A stretch of DNA of 64,000 bases from NCBI GenBank assembly GCA_012295275.1, contig CM022678.1, positions 62,001 to 126,000 on the forward strand, read 5' to 3'. This DNA comes from Chrysomallon squamiferum (taxonomy: Eukaryota; Animalia; Mollusca). This document shows, one piece after another, positions 1-14,419 of this stretch. A program made the position numbers and the translations under genes. The notes beneath the pieces are model-generated. The model was not told the DNA's origin. It made no database searches and saw nothing but the letters and a program-made list of their open reading frames with translations. Position 1 is the first letter of the stretch. The number at the start of each line of letters is the position of its first letter.

Positions 1-44
1 TCATTATTATTATTATTATTATTATTTGTTTATTATTTTTTTTT

Positions 45-920
45 TTCTTCTCATTTTGTCATTTTCACGAAGAAATGGTGTTAGAACTGGATTTCATTTA
101 ATATTATATTAAAGGTGCTTTGATTTTGACAGTGGAATTATACTAAAGAAAACGGATATTCTCTTAGAAAATGAGCTCTCTTTTTAAGAGGAAGTTTAAT
201 GAACACTTTGTAATGGCTGTTTCCATGTGGTTAAACTTTTTGTGAAGTACAAATCGTTATCGAACGATCGTGTCAAATGATACGAGACGAATAACTGGTC
301 CTGAGGTTACATTAGACTGACTGAATTTGTCAGAGCTGCTATGATGGCTGATGTAGTGATAGTTAAAACCACAGCTCTACGAAATAATGAAAATCGTTGG
401 CTCATTTATTTTATTAAATATTAAAAATAATGTTATATTTCTTTCAATTTTCAAAAGTTAAATACCAGTGTAAGTGTTCAAGAAGATGGACGTAAACGTA
501 AAGAGGTTTGACGTTTCTGTTAGTTAATGTTTTATATTATTTTTAAATGTGTATAAATACATTTTTTGGTTTCCAGTTCGTAGTTGGAAATAAACTATAA
601 AGTCATCAAACATTCTCAGAAATCTGAACTAGATTCATTTAGTTTTGAAAACAAATCAAGAACTACTTAAAATTGAAAAATATTTGTAAATTCTCCAGTA
701 TTTGTACTTATTTAAGTCATTAATAAATCGTGAATTGTTTTTATTTGTTTGCATATTACTAAAAGTTTTGTTAATATACCTGTCCTTGTCCTACTATTTT
801 GCTGTGCCGTAGACGATGCACATAAACTATTTATTATTATTAATTTAAAAAACAAGATTAGCCACTGCATTAAGGCTGTGAGTTTTCTCTTTCACTACTT
901 TTGTTTCTGACAACACTGTA
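45..920. repeat. Diverged copy of 39470-40612 (segmental paralogy, non-coding)
   Basis: Colinear blocks shared, e.g. tcattttgtcattttca..gaagaaatgg, aactggtcctga, gtgagttttctctttcactactt, gtttctgacaacactgtataat. The 39.7-40.0 kb stretch is absent from this copy. Confidence 0.85.
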
Positions 921-1392
921 TAATAATAATAATAATTAAAAAATCCTATCTTTCGTCTTATAGTCAAAAATATTTCTGTTTTAGTTTTATGAGCTGGTGT
1001 GATAAATCAGGCTCATGAATCATCCTACATCGAACAAAGCCAGAACAAAACTATACTAAAGTTATATATTTAAGTTTTAACACAAGTAAACCATACTAAA
1101 ATATATTTATGTAAATAGTATACATATGCAAAACTATACTAAAGTTATATATGTAAGTTTTATACATATACAAAACTATACTAAAGTTATATGTGTATAC
1201 ACAACAAAACCTTCAGCTAACCTGTACAGCATTGTTACACCTGTATAACTAGTATTTGAATTTACCTGTATTATGGTCAGTGCTTGCAGGTGCATCTGTG
1301 GCCTGGCCTATGAATTTACCTGTGTTACACAGTTTATAGGTGTGGCTTACAGGTAAAACTGTATAACTGTTCAGCACTGTTACACAGATACC

Positions 1393-1929
1393 GGCCACGT
1401 GAAGTGTTAAGGAAGGAAGACTTCAGCATGAAGGGACAGCTGACCTGTACAACACTGTTACACCTGTACAGGATTTTGTTTTGTTCACACAGGTATGGGC
1501 CACGTGAAGTGTTAAGGAAGGAAGACTTCAGCATGAAGGGACAGCTGACCTGTACAACACTGTTACACCTGTACAGGTTTTGTTTTGTTCACACAGGTAC
1601 GGGCCACGTGAAGTGTTAAGGAAGGAAGACTTCAGCATGAAGGGACAGCTGACCTGTACAACACTGTTACACCTGTACAAGTTTCATTTTGTTCACACAG
1701 GTATGGGCCACATGAAGTGTTAAGGAAGGAAGACTTCAGCATGAAGGGACAGCTGACCTGTACAACACTGTTACACCTGTACAGGTTTTGTTTTGTTCAC
1801 ACAGGTACGGGCCACGTGAAGTGTTAAGGAAGGAAGACTTCAGCATGAAGGGACAGTTTTGTTTTGTTCACACAGGGACACGTGAAGTGTTAAGGAAGGA
1901 AGACTTCAGCATGAAGGGACAGCTGACCT
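1393..1929 (+). repeat. ~104-bp tandem repeat, about 5.5 copies
   Basis: ggccacgtgaagtgttaaggaaggaagacttcagcatgaagggacagctgacctg recurs at 1393, 1498, 1602, 1706, 1810, with a final truncated copy near 1876. Confidence 0.95.
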
Positions 1930-3767
1930 GCGAGTTCAAGTTTGCAACGTTTTCCTGCAGACAACATCAACAACACCAGCAAGACAGTGAGGAGAAAGAC
2001 TACTCACTTCAAATCCTGGAAGCTCTTGAACCAGCTGTCTGTCTGGTGAGTCTGTATGTGTGTCTGTCTGTCTGGTGAGTGTGTTTAATGAATGTCTGGA
2101 TAGTTTGTCACATCTGTCAGGTGATTTTCTATGTATCTGTCTCTCTTATGAGTTTGTGAGTCTGTCTGTCTGGTAAGTTTGTATGTGTGTCTGTCTGTCT
2201 GGTGAGTTTGTGTGTCTCCATCAGTGAGTCTCTCTATATATTATAATTTATAAACTAATATATAATTTAACTTTAATTATTAAAACACTAATCGTACAAT
2301 AATCTAAAAAATAATGATGGCAGAAACTTGAAACAAAATAAATTGACCATTTTGTTAAACACTTTACTTTATGAATTTTCTTTTTTCGCTGAGAAAAACT
2401 GATGCATTTTTTGTTATTTGTGTCTACACTAAAAAAACCTAAAAATACAAGCCTAAATAATTTCCTGTGCTTTAAAGTAGTTGTATTACTTTTTTTTTTG
2501 TTAAATTGTTGATTTTTTAATACTAACAAAAATTCAGAATATGTTTTCTATAATTTCAGATGATTATTATGTTTTTCCATAAAATGTAGGTAAATTTAAG
2601 TATTCAGAATATATTTTCTATAATTTCAGATGATTATCATGTTTTTCCATGAAATTTGGGTAAGTTAGTACAAACAATATACTGAAACAAGATTGTACAT
2701 ATCTCCCAATATCTCCCAATCTCACCTTTTTTTTATTTTATTTTATTTATTTATTTATTTATTTAATGTTAAATTCATTTTATTATCCAAAGTGAAAATT
2801 CAAACATCCTTTCCTTTATATATTAGTTCTAACTATTAAATAAATGAATACATTTTTTCTAATATATTTTGAAATTTTCCCTTAAATGATAGTATCAAAA
2901 TAAATTATTATATTTTCATTTTTAGTCAGAGAAAACGCTCCGTTTCTGTTAAAACCAATTTATTCTTTATTTACAGATTGTCCAATGAGATGACTGGTGG
3001 GCGTGGTAACAGTAACAAGTAAAACAAAAACCTGTCAATCAAAATCTTTGACATGGGAGGTAGAAGGAAAAGCTCATCTGTTGACCCAGGTCAGTCCACT
3101 GCAGAGCTTGAAGTAGTGAGTAGTGAAGTAGTATCTAAGACAGCAGTGTGTAATTAAGTAGCATGAAAGCAGTATTCACTGAAGTAGTATGAAAGTAAAG
3201 TATATCGAAATTGTGTGGAAATAGTATGAAAGTAGTGTATAGCTAAATAGCAAGAAACTTAGTTGAGTAGTATGAAAAGAGTAGTCAAGATGTATGAAAT
3301 TAGTTTGTATTGAAGTAGTATGCAAGTAGTGTATGGTGAAAGTAGTATGCAAGTAGTGCATAGTGAAGTAGTATTCAAGTAGTGTATAGTGAGGTAGTAT
3401 GAAATGATCTCCGTTTGTCTGTCTCTCATTCATGTCTCCCTTTGTATTATTAAAATAAAATTAATTCCACAGAAATAAATAAATAAATTATTAGGTAAGT
3501 AAGTAAGTAAATAAATAAATTAGTAGGTAAGTAAATAAATAAAATAGTAATTATTTCTGCGGCTCAACATCTTCTTATTATCTCAGAAGATGTCAGTGAT
3601 GTTATCCTGGACATTTCAAGGGCAAGGAAAGAAGGTTAAACCTGAAAACCAGAAGACCAAGCCTCACTTTCATATTCATGAATGTAGCGAAAACTAAAAA
3701 TGATAAATTAACTCCGGAACAAAAGGAACAAATAAACCAAACTTTGGAATGGATAAAAAACTAACTG
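1876..3767 (+). other. Putative spliced transcript of unknown or degenerate coding potential (exons ~1876-2045, 2560-2589 or 2630-2659, 2977-3089, 3587-3767)
   Basis: Each segment is bounded by a pyrimidine tract plus cag and a donor (gtgagt, gtaaat/gtaagt, gtcagt, gtatgt). I found no continuous ORF or recognisable homology. Confidence 0.35.
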
Positions 3768-4389
3768 GTATGTGAGACCACTGTTCCACTACTGCTACTA
3801 CTACCATAGTAATAATAACAGTAATATTATTATCAATATGACTTCTATTATCCAGAGTTCAATTACTGTTACTGCTATCATTGCAGTGTTTACTACCACT
3901 GCTATACTATCACATCTACTGTTATTATTATTATTACTTGAACATCCATACCGCTACTACTACTACTACTACTACTACTATTACTACTACTGTTACTAAA
4001 TCAGTTTGGCAAGTCTTGATATGAAAAAGATATGTTTATAAATTTAGTTTCAGTAATAATTTAGTTTTAGTATATTTTATCAAATCACTTACATATATGC
4101 TTTGACAGTAGTTTGTTTGGTGTTGTACGAGTTGCCTCCCGTTATTTGTTTATTTATTTATTTATTTATTATTATTATTATTATATTCATTTGTTGAATG
4201 GATAATCTCCTTTTAATTTTATTTTTATTTACTATTACTACTACTACTACAACTACAGTTGATATCATTATTATCTTCATCATCATCAGTATTATTATTC
4301 TTATTATTCCTTTGTTGTAGTAATGATAATCTCCCTTTAATAATCATCAGGTAGTAACCATCACAAGAAACAGTATTGTGAATAACGTC

Positions 4390-4446
<57 letters not shown>

Positions 4447-5201
4447 CATCATAATAATAATAAAATGAGCAAGATGTATGTGTCTATGTAAATAAATAAA
4501 TAAGTCGGTAAACAAAGTCAAATGTTTTGATCAATGATATTTTTATTACAAATAATTATGGACAATACAATGAATATCACAATAAAATTAGAACTTTTCA
4601 CAACACATTTAACCATATTCTCTCAATATATACACACATATATACATATATATATACATATATATATATACATATATACAAATATATATATATATATAGA
4701 TATATATATATATTACATGATGTTTTTCGTTATTATTTAATAAAAACGTTTTATATAAGTAAAAAATCAATATTTTACTTGCTTCATTAACTACATATTT
4801 TTAAAATCAGTTTTTAAATTGATATCTTAACAACATTGCAATATCAAACATATAAAGAGCTATTTTAACAAAGAACATCAAAATCAGTTTAATTTGCTGT
4901 ATTTGTTTTACAACAGGATAAACATTTGATCAATAATTAAATAATTACACCATAGCCAAACACAATAATAATAATAACAAATTAATTGATAAATAAATTA
5001 TATTAAAAATTGAAAAATAAGAAGAAAATAAAGAATGCAAAAAGAAAAGATAAAAGAACACAATTAAATAAAGTGTGAATATACATATGTAAGTCTGAGA
5101 GTGTCTGCTTGTGACACCACTGTGCTAGGTTACTGAAGTTTTTGATTAGAAACTTTGTATGAAATTTACTTGTATTTCTCTCCCTTTCTTAGACTGCATC
5201 T

Positions 5202-5252
<51 letters not shown>

Positions 5253-6029
5253 CAGTGGACTACATATCAAGAAAAAGATGATATATTGCGACTATTCTAT
5301 TGTCATATTAAATCATCGTATTTTCTGCTAATCGGTGTAAATGATGTCTGTATAAAAACAATATTAACTCTTTTGTCTGTAGAAGAAATACAGCAACAAC
5401 TATATAAAAGACTGAAAGAGTGATGATTAGAAAGGAGATGATGAAATCTTGGAAGTTTAATATTTTATCTTTTCCCACCAAGAATTTCAGTTAATTGGCA
5501 GGTTTTTTTCTAACAGTTACAGTTACACTTTTTGGCCAGAAAACTGAAGTAACTAGATAACAACAAAATTAAACTAACTAGATACCAGGAAAATAAAAAT
5601 AAGTAGATGAAATTAAATAACAATAGCTAAACAGCGAGAAATTCAAAATAAGAATTTTGAAATAAAACAACAAAGAAAGCCGCACTTGTATGTGTACAAA
5701 CAGTTACAGTGCCGCACTAGAACGTCGAAAAAACTAGATATCAAGAAAATCAAACTGATTAGACAATGTCAAAATAAGTAGATACGAGGAAATAAAAGTA
5801 TCTAGATAAATTTAAATAACAAAAGCTAAACAGCGAGAAGATCAAAATAACTATTTAGTAAGTCCATGTGTACTGTGTTAGTACAGGATCATCTAATTTA
5901 TATACATCTATGTGGGATTGCGAGTTGACTAAGAAGAAAAAATACAATAACAAATGTGTGAAAGTATATTCCTCAGAACAAGTTTAAAACTACAACGACA
6001 TTAGATTCTTCACACATCTTTGTCTGCTA

Positions 6030-6031
6030 TT

Positions 6032-6074
<43 letters not shown>

Positions 6075-6155
6075 GTCTATTTATCTATCTATCTAGCTAT
6101 CTATCTATCTGTTTCTATCTATCTATCTATCTCTCTATCTGTCTGTCTATCTGTG

Positions 6156-6189
<34 letters not shown>

Positions 6190-6277
6190 TCTATTTATCT
6201 ATCTATGTATCTATCTATCTATCTATATCTATCTGTCTATCTGTCTATCTATTTATCTATCTATCTATCTATCTATC
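6030..6277. repeat. (TCTA)n/(TCTG)n microsatellite
   Basis: Directly visible tetranucleotide run; source of the spurious 6020-6526 ORF. Confidence 0.95.
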
Positions 6278-6414
6278 TTTAATTACCTGCCTTCATTTTG
6301 TTTTTTAAAAAAATCCCTCTTTTCATTGTCTTCATACAATTTTATTTCATTCAGTAAAATTTTATTTTATTTTTTATTTGATTTTTTTTATATTTCATTA
6401 CCTTATTTAACTCA

Positions 6415-6459
<45 letters not shown>

Positions 6460-7045
6460 CATGTTGTTGTTGTTGTTGTTCTTTCTGTTATTTATTTATT
6501 TTTTTTTTTTTGTGTCTTTTGTTTAATAGCTCTAAGATACTTAGATCACGTGTTACTCGAGTTCACGGTTGAATTGTAAACAAAGAGAATTTGAAACCTG
6601 TGTAGTTAACTCTTTGTTAGAGAATAGAGATATGTCGTTATACAGCTAGTGTTGATAATATGGCTAATACTGGCTAATTTTTACAGATTTCAAACTTTAA
6701 TGTTAAGCTACACATCATTATTGTGGTTGTTGTTGTGAAATCGAATTATATATTTGTATATGCAATAATAATGATGATGATGATGATGATGATTATATTA
6801 AGGGAGGTGTTAGGCCTCCTGGAAGCTCCTGGATTTATTTGATGAAGACAGCGAAAATAATACCCGAAATGAAATACTTGCCGTTGACTTAACGTTATTT
6901 ATAGACAATTGTAATTTGAGAAAAGAATTAGAAAGAAGAAGATGAAAAATATAAAGAAATGAATGTTAATGTGAATTGTTTAAAATACAATTTATCAGTT
7001 TATTTTCAGTATCTTTGCAGTGTCGTGCTTTATATGGATCAATTA

Positions 7046-7199
7046 CAGTGGAATCTCGGGTTACCCTATCCAATATGGCACCCAAGAAAACAAAAAGATA
7101 AATCGATAATGTTGGTGCAGAGTATAAATGTATAACACGAGGTTAAGAAAGAAAGAATTGCAAAGCAAAGAATTAAGTTCGTAACCTGAGGTTCCACTG
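7046..7199. mobile_element. Tc1/mariner-superfamily (pogo/Tigger-like) MITE
   Basis: TA|cagtggaatctcgggtta ... taacctgaggttccactg|TA: imperfect TIRs with TA target duplication. Confidence 0.75.
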
Positions 7200-8214
7200 T
7201 AATGCTAAAATCATCGTAGCTGCAGAATACCTATCTCTTGGGTATTAAAGCATCGAATTTTTCATTGCTTACTTAATTATGTAGTCAATTCTTAAACATG
7301 ACAGAAGTAAATAAATTTTAGATATTAATTCGATATTCTAGGGAATTTTGTAAAGCACGATATTACAGTTTAGTATACGTAGTTGCCCCATAATCTTTCC
7401 ATCTCTTTCTTACCCTACATGCAAACCAGTTTCAACAAATTTCTAAAAAATAGTTACGATCTAACTGTACTCAAATTTGACCTCAAAGACAATAACAAAC
7501 TGTGTGGGTCCTAAAAGTTCTTTACTAAAACTTGAAGCCAATCATCTGACGTCAGCAAGAAGAGAAATCACGCAATGTCGCCTGTGCACATGGTGTCACA
7601 TGAATGACTGTATTGAAAGGTCACCGACTGAGTTAAACACAGCTGTCCAGTCTTTTTGTCAGTCGTCAGTGTCCATAGTCAGAGGTCAGATGTGTTATGT
7701 ACAGAATGTGAAACGTTTATTAAAACCAGTAAAAGACCCAAAGTGGTTGCAGAACGAACTGTACTTTGACGTATATCATCAAAATGACGAGAGATTTGTG
7801 TATTAACCCTGTAACTGTTATTCATCCTGTATGTAGAAATAAAAGTCTTAAATAAATAAATATACAACAATAATTAAAAAACAGTAACATTATTATTATT
7901 ATTATTTCATCTATATATTTTTTTCTTTACTTTTCTTTCTTTTTTTTTTTTCTTTCTAGACGAATGTTATTTTATTATTATTTGAGGTATTCATTTATTT
8001 TTTGATTACGTTTGTGACAGATAACTACATATATTTATATGTAGATGTTTTATATATATTTTGATCGATTTGCATATTGGTATCGTCTTTGACCAGTCTA
8101 TTAAAAAAGAAAACAAAATTTGTATTTCTGTCCACGTCTCCGACAGCAAAAAACCCCAAAATCAAGAACATCGAAAGTAACAAAAACAGTAAATTAATAC
8201 ATCAATAAATAAAC

Positions 8215-8261
<47 letters not shown>

Positions 8262-9050
8262 TCTTGTGTTAAGTGTTACAGAAGAAAAGTTAAGTTTTTA
8301 TACACATGTACATATGTATTGTGTGTTTTAGTGTGTATGTATGCATATATGTATGTATGTATGTATGCATCTCTGTATACATGTATGGAACTTTTCACGT
8401 TCATTTAGCTTCAAGAAACATTTTATTTTCACTTTCATATTATTTTATTTCACCCATAATTTTATTTTTGATCTGATTTTATCATTTCATTTGTTTCATT
8501 CATTTTTTATTTCCATTTAACTATTATTCACTGTTCTTGTTATTTCTTCTTATTACTATTATTGTATTATCTTATTATACTACCTCTGCTGTTGCTGCCT
8601 ATATTATTGTATTATTATTATTATTATTATTATATTTATTAATGTAACATATGGTGCTGGAGATTTACGTAATGTGTTGCCAGTTGAGTTAACAAGGAAT
8701 TTGAGAACAATTGAACTCATTATTAAGAATAGAAACATTATATTTATAAGGTTACCAAGAAGATGTATTAATACCTGTCTAAGTTTGTTTGTGGCGAACA
8801 GTAGGTCAATTCTGGTAACTTTAATCAAACTACACTTACCATGTTAGGTTGTTGTTGTTGTTTCCCCAATGGAATTATACATATATGTGATAATATGTAA
8901 TAATAATAATAATAATGGACAATAAGTAAATAAATAAATACATAAATAAATAAAATAACAAATGTGTGAAACTAAATTAATCAGAACAATTTTAAACTAC
9001 AACGACATTTACATTCTTCACACATCTTTCATTGTGTTTCTAACTGTAAT

Positions 9051-9181
9051 TGGCTGGTAAAGAATCTTTTAAATTACATGGAATAATTTATTTTGTTCAG
9101 TCTATTGTTGTAAAGTCTGTTTCTAAACAGATCAGCCAAATCTTCTCTTAACTGACATCGAAGTAAGTTTGACATTTTATG

Positions 9182-9220
<39 letters not shown>

Positions 9221-9891
9221 CTCTCTATCTCTCATTTTCAAGACTCTCCTTTTATTATTTACTTTTGTCTCTATATAATTTGATTTCACTCAGTATTTTT
9301 TCAATTCCTTACTTTTCATTTTAATATTATTATTATATTGTAATTATGATTATGATATTGTTATAATAATAATAATTATTATTATTATTATTATTATTAT
9401 TATGTTGTTGTTGTTGTTGTTATTATTGATGTTGTTGCTGTTGTTGCTGGGGGTTTTGTGGGTATTTTTGTGTTTATTAGCTCTACAGATACTTAGGTCG
9501 CATGTTAATTGTGTTCAATTATTATTATTGTTATCATTATCATCATCATTATATTTTTACTGTTTATTGATTAATTTTAAGTCAGTTATTTATTTTTTTT
9601 CTTGCTTTAGTGGACTGTTTCATTTTCCAAAATAGAGCATGGCAAAACATATGTACAAACACTCAGACATACATATACATTCGCAAATATATATACACAC
9701 TGCAGAAAACATACATCTATAAAACAGACGTGAAGGTCGACTTCCAATAACAGCCACTTACCCATAGACAGACGGATAATATATATATTAAATTATACAA
9801 ACGTCTGAGTGCGAGAAACTTGTTATTTTATTTATTTAGTTTTGTTTGTTTTGTTTTATTATATTTATTATTATTATTATTATTATTATTA

Positions 9892-9934
<43 letters not shown>

Positions 9935-11010
9935 CAAAAGTAGTAACAGTTTTATCAATTGGTTACGTAAATTTTCCATTCATGACAGAATTTTAAATCC
10001 TGATGTCGCTACTGTATAATAGAACTGGTGAAACCATGTAGTGAAATAATTTTAATTGACATTGATGGACATAATGTTGCATCTTCTTCTGCCGTAGAAT
10101 GAAATACATAGTTTTCTTGTATTTGTCTGTGTAACATGTTTCTTGATTTAGTAAATCTATTTAACTTGTGCATTAAAAATCAAAACATTTATAGATTTTA
10201 GATATCTTGGTAATATTCGCACGAAGTACAAAGCAAATTGAAAAACAACAGAAAAACAATAACATTTCATGAGCATTAAGGAATCACTGAACAATTTATC
10301 TTTTGTTTATTTCATGGCATTCAGCGATTTTAAATATGCATTCTGTGTCATTAAGATACAAGGAGAACAGTAAAGGAGATCAATGTTCACTAGCAGGGGA
10401 AATAGTCCGTTAATGAGTTATGTGCACCGACACAAGATTTAATATTTCGATACATGTATATTAACATAACACATTTACCATTTACACCATTGTTTATAAA
10501 TTTTCACCACTTTGAATGAAACGATTGCTGAAATCTATAAACGTACCAAAACAGTTTTTTTCTTCCGTGCTTCATCAGTTCGATTACACCGTATAGTGTG
10601 TAAAAATCAGTCATTTGTGCAATAATCCTTCCTAATCCTGCTTGAACGTCAGTATATCATTTTTCAAGAAACAACTTTAGTCTATTATTTAACACAGTGT
10701 TAAAGAGTTGCCGAAGACAGTTAAGTAATGTAATAAATCTATACTTTTCTGATTATTTTTATCACCAATTTCATAAATTGAGTAAGGGGAGATATCAGTT
10801 TCAAACACAAAATATAAAGTCACATATTCATATATCAACAGTTTGCTTAATATATTCATTAATTATATTGCCTTGACCCAAAGTTTTGACGTTCTTGATA
10901 AATTTAACAACTGTAAGTATTTTACATTCTAAAATAGTATATTTAGTAAACTGTATTTTCTAAATCTGTGGTAAATTTTGTTATGGAGGCTGTCATTACT
11001 GAGGTTTACG
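9051..11010. repeat. Diverged copy of 40648-42510
   Basis: Colinear from tggctggtaaagaatcttttaaattacatggaataa through the LINE relic to gaggctgtcat. Confidence 0.9.
10320..11010 (-). mobile_element. Degenerate non-LTR retrotransposon (LINE) reverse transcriptase fragment
   Basis: Minus-strand pieces read GDKNN, YRFITLLNCLRQLFNTVLNNRL, QAG, FIDFS and SPLLFSLYLND, matching LINE RT motifs. Many frameshifts. Confidence 0.8.
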
Positions 11011-11544
11011 TCAGGAAAGTATTGGTGTAGTGATTCTTAAGGTTCAAAATCAAGAACTTCAAATTTTAAGATTTTCTAATACACGTAGCGAGCGAAGTAG
11101 TTTATATATATATATATTTGGTCTACAAATATCCTGATCTTTTCTTTGACAAATTTGAAATTCAGCACGTTGTTGGCTCGTTTGTAAAATTAAATAATTC
11201 TCTAAACATTCTATCATGTTATTTGTTTCAGTTGTCAACATTAGATAATCAGGGAGTTCTGTGTGCTGGCGTTATATTCTGTAGATATGTTATTAAATTT
11301 GTTTTACGGCATATCAAAAGTATCACTGTTAAAATAGGGACACCCTTTAGTTGGTATATAACCCAGTAAACATGAGCCATAATACATATTCAGATGTGTT
11401 TTGATATAAATTACTTTTGCAGGAAAATTACTTCAATATTAATAATAATAATAATAATATATTAATAATAAATAATAATAATAATAATAATAATATAAGT
11501 ATCTGTGTAACAACATGAACCATCACATCTGTCACGTTCTACAC

Positions 11545-11680
11545 TTACAGTAACACACTTTAATTACAGTAACACACTTTAATTACAGTAACACGCTTTA
11601 ATTACAGTAACACGCTTTAATTACAGTAACACACTTTAATTACAGTAACACACTTTATTACAGTAACACTTTAATTACCA
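11545..11680. repeat. 19-bp tandem repeat (ttacagtaacacactttaa), ~7 copies
   Basis: Directly visible. Confidence 0.9.
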
Positions 11681-11993
11681 ACTGAACTGAACTTTACTTT
11701 ACAGTCAGGCCGCAGTCTGAGGATTTCATACAAAATTAATAACATTATAACAAGTATGACAAGATGGTAGATTTACATAATGTACATAATAATAAATTAT
11801 AAACAATATATCAATATTTCACAAAGGATTTGAAAAATTCAGGATTAGATTACAGAGAGTAGAAAGTTTTGTAGGACGCCCGCTTTTTGAGAATTAAATA
11901 ATATATAAACTTATGAGTGCTTAATTTAGATTGACAGAAAATGGTAGGTAACATTTCTTTTGATTCTTGATAAACATACGTGTAAATATATAA

Positions 11994-12193
11994 NNNNNNN
12001 NNNNNNNNNNNNNNNNNNNNNNNNNNNNNNNNNNNNNNNNNNNNNNNNNNNNNNNNNNNNNNNNNNNNNNNNNNNNNNNNNNNNNNNNNNNNNNNNNNNN
12101 NNNNNNNNNNNNNNNNNNNNNNNNNNNNNNNNNNNNNNNNNNNNNNNNNNNNNNNNNNNNNNNNNNNNNNNNNNNNNNNNNNNNNNNNNNNNN
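11994..12193. other. Assembly gap (200 N)
   Basis: Run of N. Confidence 1.
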
Positions 12194-12214
12194 TTCGTTC
12201 AGTTACGTATTACT
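12194..12214 (+). other. Oxford Nanopore ligation adapter remnant (artefact)
   Basis: ttcgttcagttacgtattact versus adapter end TTCGTTCAGTTACGTATTGCT. It sits immediately after the gap and is absent from the other copy at 48280. Confidence 0.92.
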
Positions 12215-12586
12215 GAGAAAACTTAAGAATATTTATTGAAACTATTGGTGACATCTGTTCATTTTCATTGTTTGTTCCAGCATTTAATAGTGAAAAATAA
12301 TAAATATAAGTTATTGAAACTACTTTTACATTGTTTGTTTTGTAATATAGTAAATTATTTTATGATATGTTCATTTTATATTGTTTATATGGCACGGTTT
12401 TGATATTAGGGTTGACAAAACTAAAAACTATAACTTAGTTACTATTCTGATATATTAAGTATTGTGACAAAATTAAAAGTATAACATAGTAAAACTGTTC
12501 TGATAGTTATTATATTTACATAATTTAATGAGTTGCAGTTCAGAAAACAGACTATAAGGCTTTGTGATAATGATTACATTTTGCAG

Positions 12587-14419
12587 GTCATGCCAACAGA
12601 TAACATAAAAAGTTCAAGTATCTTCTAACAGCAGAAATGTCTTTCTTCAGAATATGATGAGTGTTTATATCTTTATCAATCGGTATACATAAATCTAGTG
12701 CTTACCTTTGGATAAGAAAATTCAGAAATGGACAAAATTATTATTTGTAGCGATGGGCTTTTAGGTGTTGTTTTGCTTTTTATTATCATTTTGTAAACTG
12801 ACGCTTTTCTGATTTATATTGTAAATAAATTAACAATTTAAAGGGTTCTAAGTACTTTCTGACAGACAAAATTAAAAAATAATAATAATAAAAAAAATAA
12901 ATAAAAAAATAACATAAAATAAAAAATAATTGCATACTAATTACTCCTGACTATTATAATTATTGTGTTCACCATTATTTACTGTAATCTTAGGTCATAT
13001 GTCCACAACATCTATGCATAATTAGTTAACAATACTAAGCACATTTGTTAAAAAACACATATTGCTGTATTCAGTAATACATTTTAGACAGACACAGTAT
13101 TATACTGTATGTTGCCATATCTCTACATACAATTAAAAACATTTGCTGTGTTTACAACATGCACATTCATTACATAGACACACACAAATATATTCAGAGA
13201 CACATGTGTGCTGTCATATCTCTACATATATATAAAACAGTTTTGTGTTTTCAAAATTGCTACAACATTTTATAATTATATCTAATTCTCAGTATTTTGC
13301 AGGTAAAAACATTTTTGAAATTATGCATTGAAGTTGTGAATTATAAAAGTGTGTTTACTCTGTTTTACTGCAGGACTAATGTCAAGTAATATATATCATT
13401 CTGGTTCTACTGAAATGACAGGTAACACTATACCCGTAAGTTAAAACTGAAAGTTTTCTCTTCTCTATATATTTAATAGTGTAACAGAATACACAGTAGA
13501 CATTAGTACTTTAACTATCAGACACTGTTACCTGAATAACATTGAAACAGCACATAAATAGAAAGATACAATAAATATAAACATACATACTTGTACCTAC
13601 AGTTAGCTCATACACAGAAAACAGACATACACAGACATACACATAAATACATTCAGACTGAGACACACTATGTATGTTAAACTGTATGCTGTCATGTTTC
13701 TACATATATATAAAAAAATTGTTTTGTTTTTCAAAAATTGCTACATTTTATAATTATATCTAATTCTCAGTATTTTTGCAGATAAAACATTTTTAGAAAT
13801 TATGCATTGAAATTGTGAATTATAAAAAGTATTTGCTCTCTTTCACTGCAGTACAACTGCCAGCAGATGCATCTCATTCTGTTTCTTCTCAAATAGGAAA
13901 TAACTATGTATCCGGTAAGTTAATAACTGAAAGTTTTCTGTTCTCTACATGTTTAATAGATAACAGAATACATACTAAATATTAGTACTTTTTTCTCAGA
14001 CACTGTGACCTGAACAACATAGAAAGATGCACATTAATACATAGACACAATACATATGAATATACATACCTGTACCTACATTTAGCACATACACAGAACA
14101 CATACATACACATATATATATGCAGGCGTGCAGTACACAGATATACACACAGATATATTCAGACTGAGATACAGTGTATGTATGTTAAACTGCATGATGT
14201 CATATCTCTTACATATATATAAAATCAAAATGTGTTTCAAACACTGGTGCTGCATTTAATAATTACATCTAATTCACAGAATCTTGCAGGTAAAACATTT
14301 TTAGATATTATGCATTAAATTTATGAATAATAAAATATATATTTACTTTGTTTCACAGGACAGTCCTTAATAAACATAATTAACAGTCCAGGTGCTAAAA
14401 GTAGGAGATATTAAACTGA
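12587..14419 (+). CDS. Gene A micro-exons, copy 1 (12587-~12652, 13374-13435, 13852-13914, 14359-14419), encoding RHIM-like motifs
   Basis: cag|...|gtaagt boundaries. Same exons as 48677-50529 but with 1-nt indels, probably read errors. Confidence 0.6.

Noticed and set aside
1393-1929. CRISPR-like reading of the 104-, 54- and 57-bp repeats
   Set aside because: Units are contiguous with no unique spacers, there are no cas genes, and the context is eukaryotic.
11960-12226. ORFs spanning the N gaps (also 57850-58140)
   Set aside because: Artefacts of N runs plus adapter sequence.
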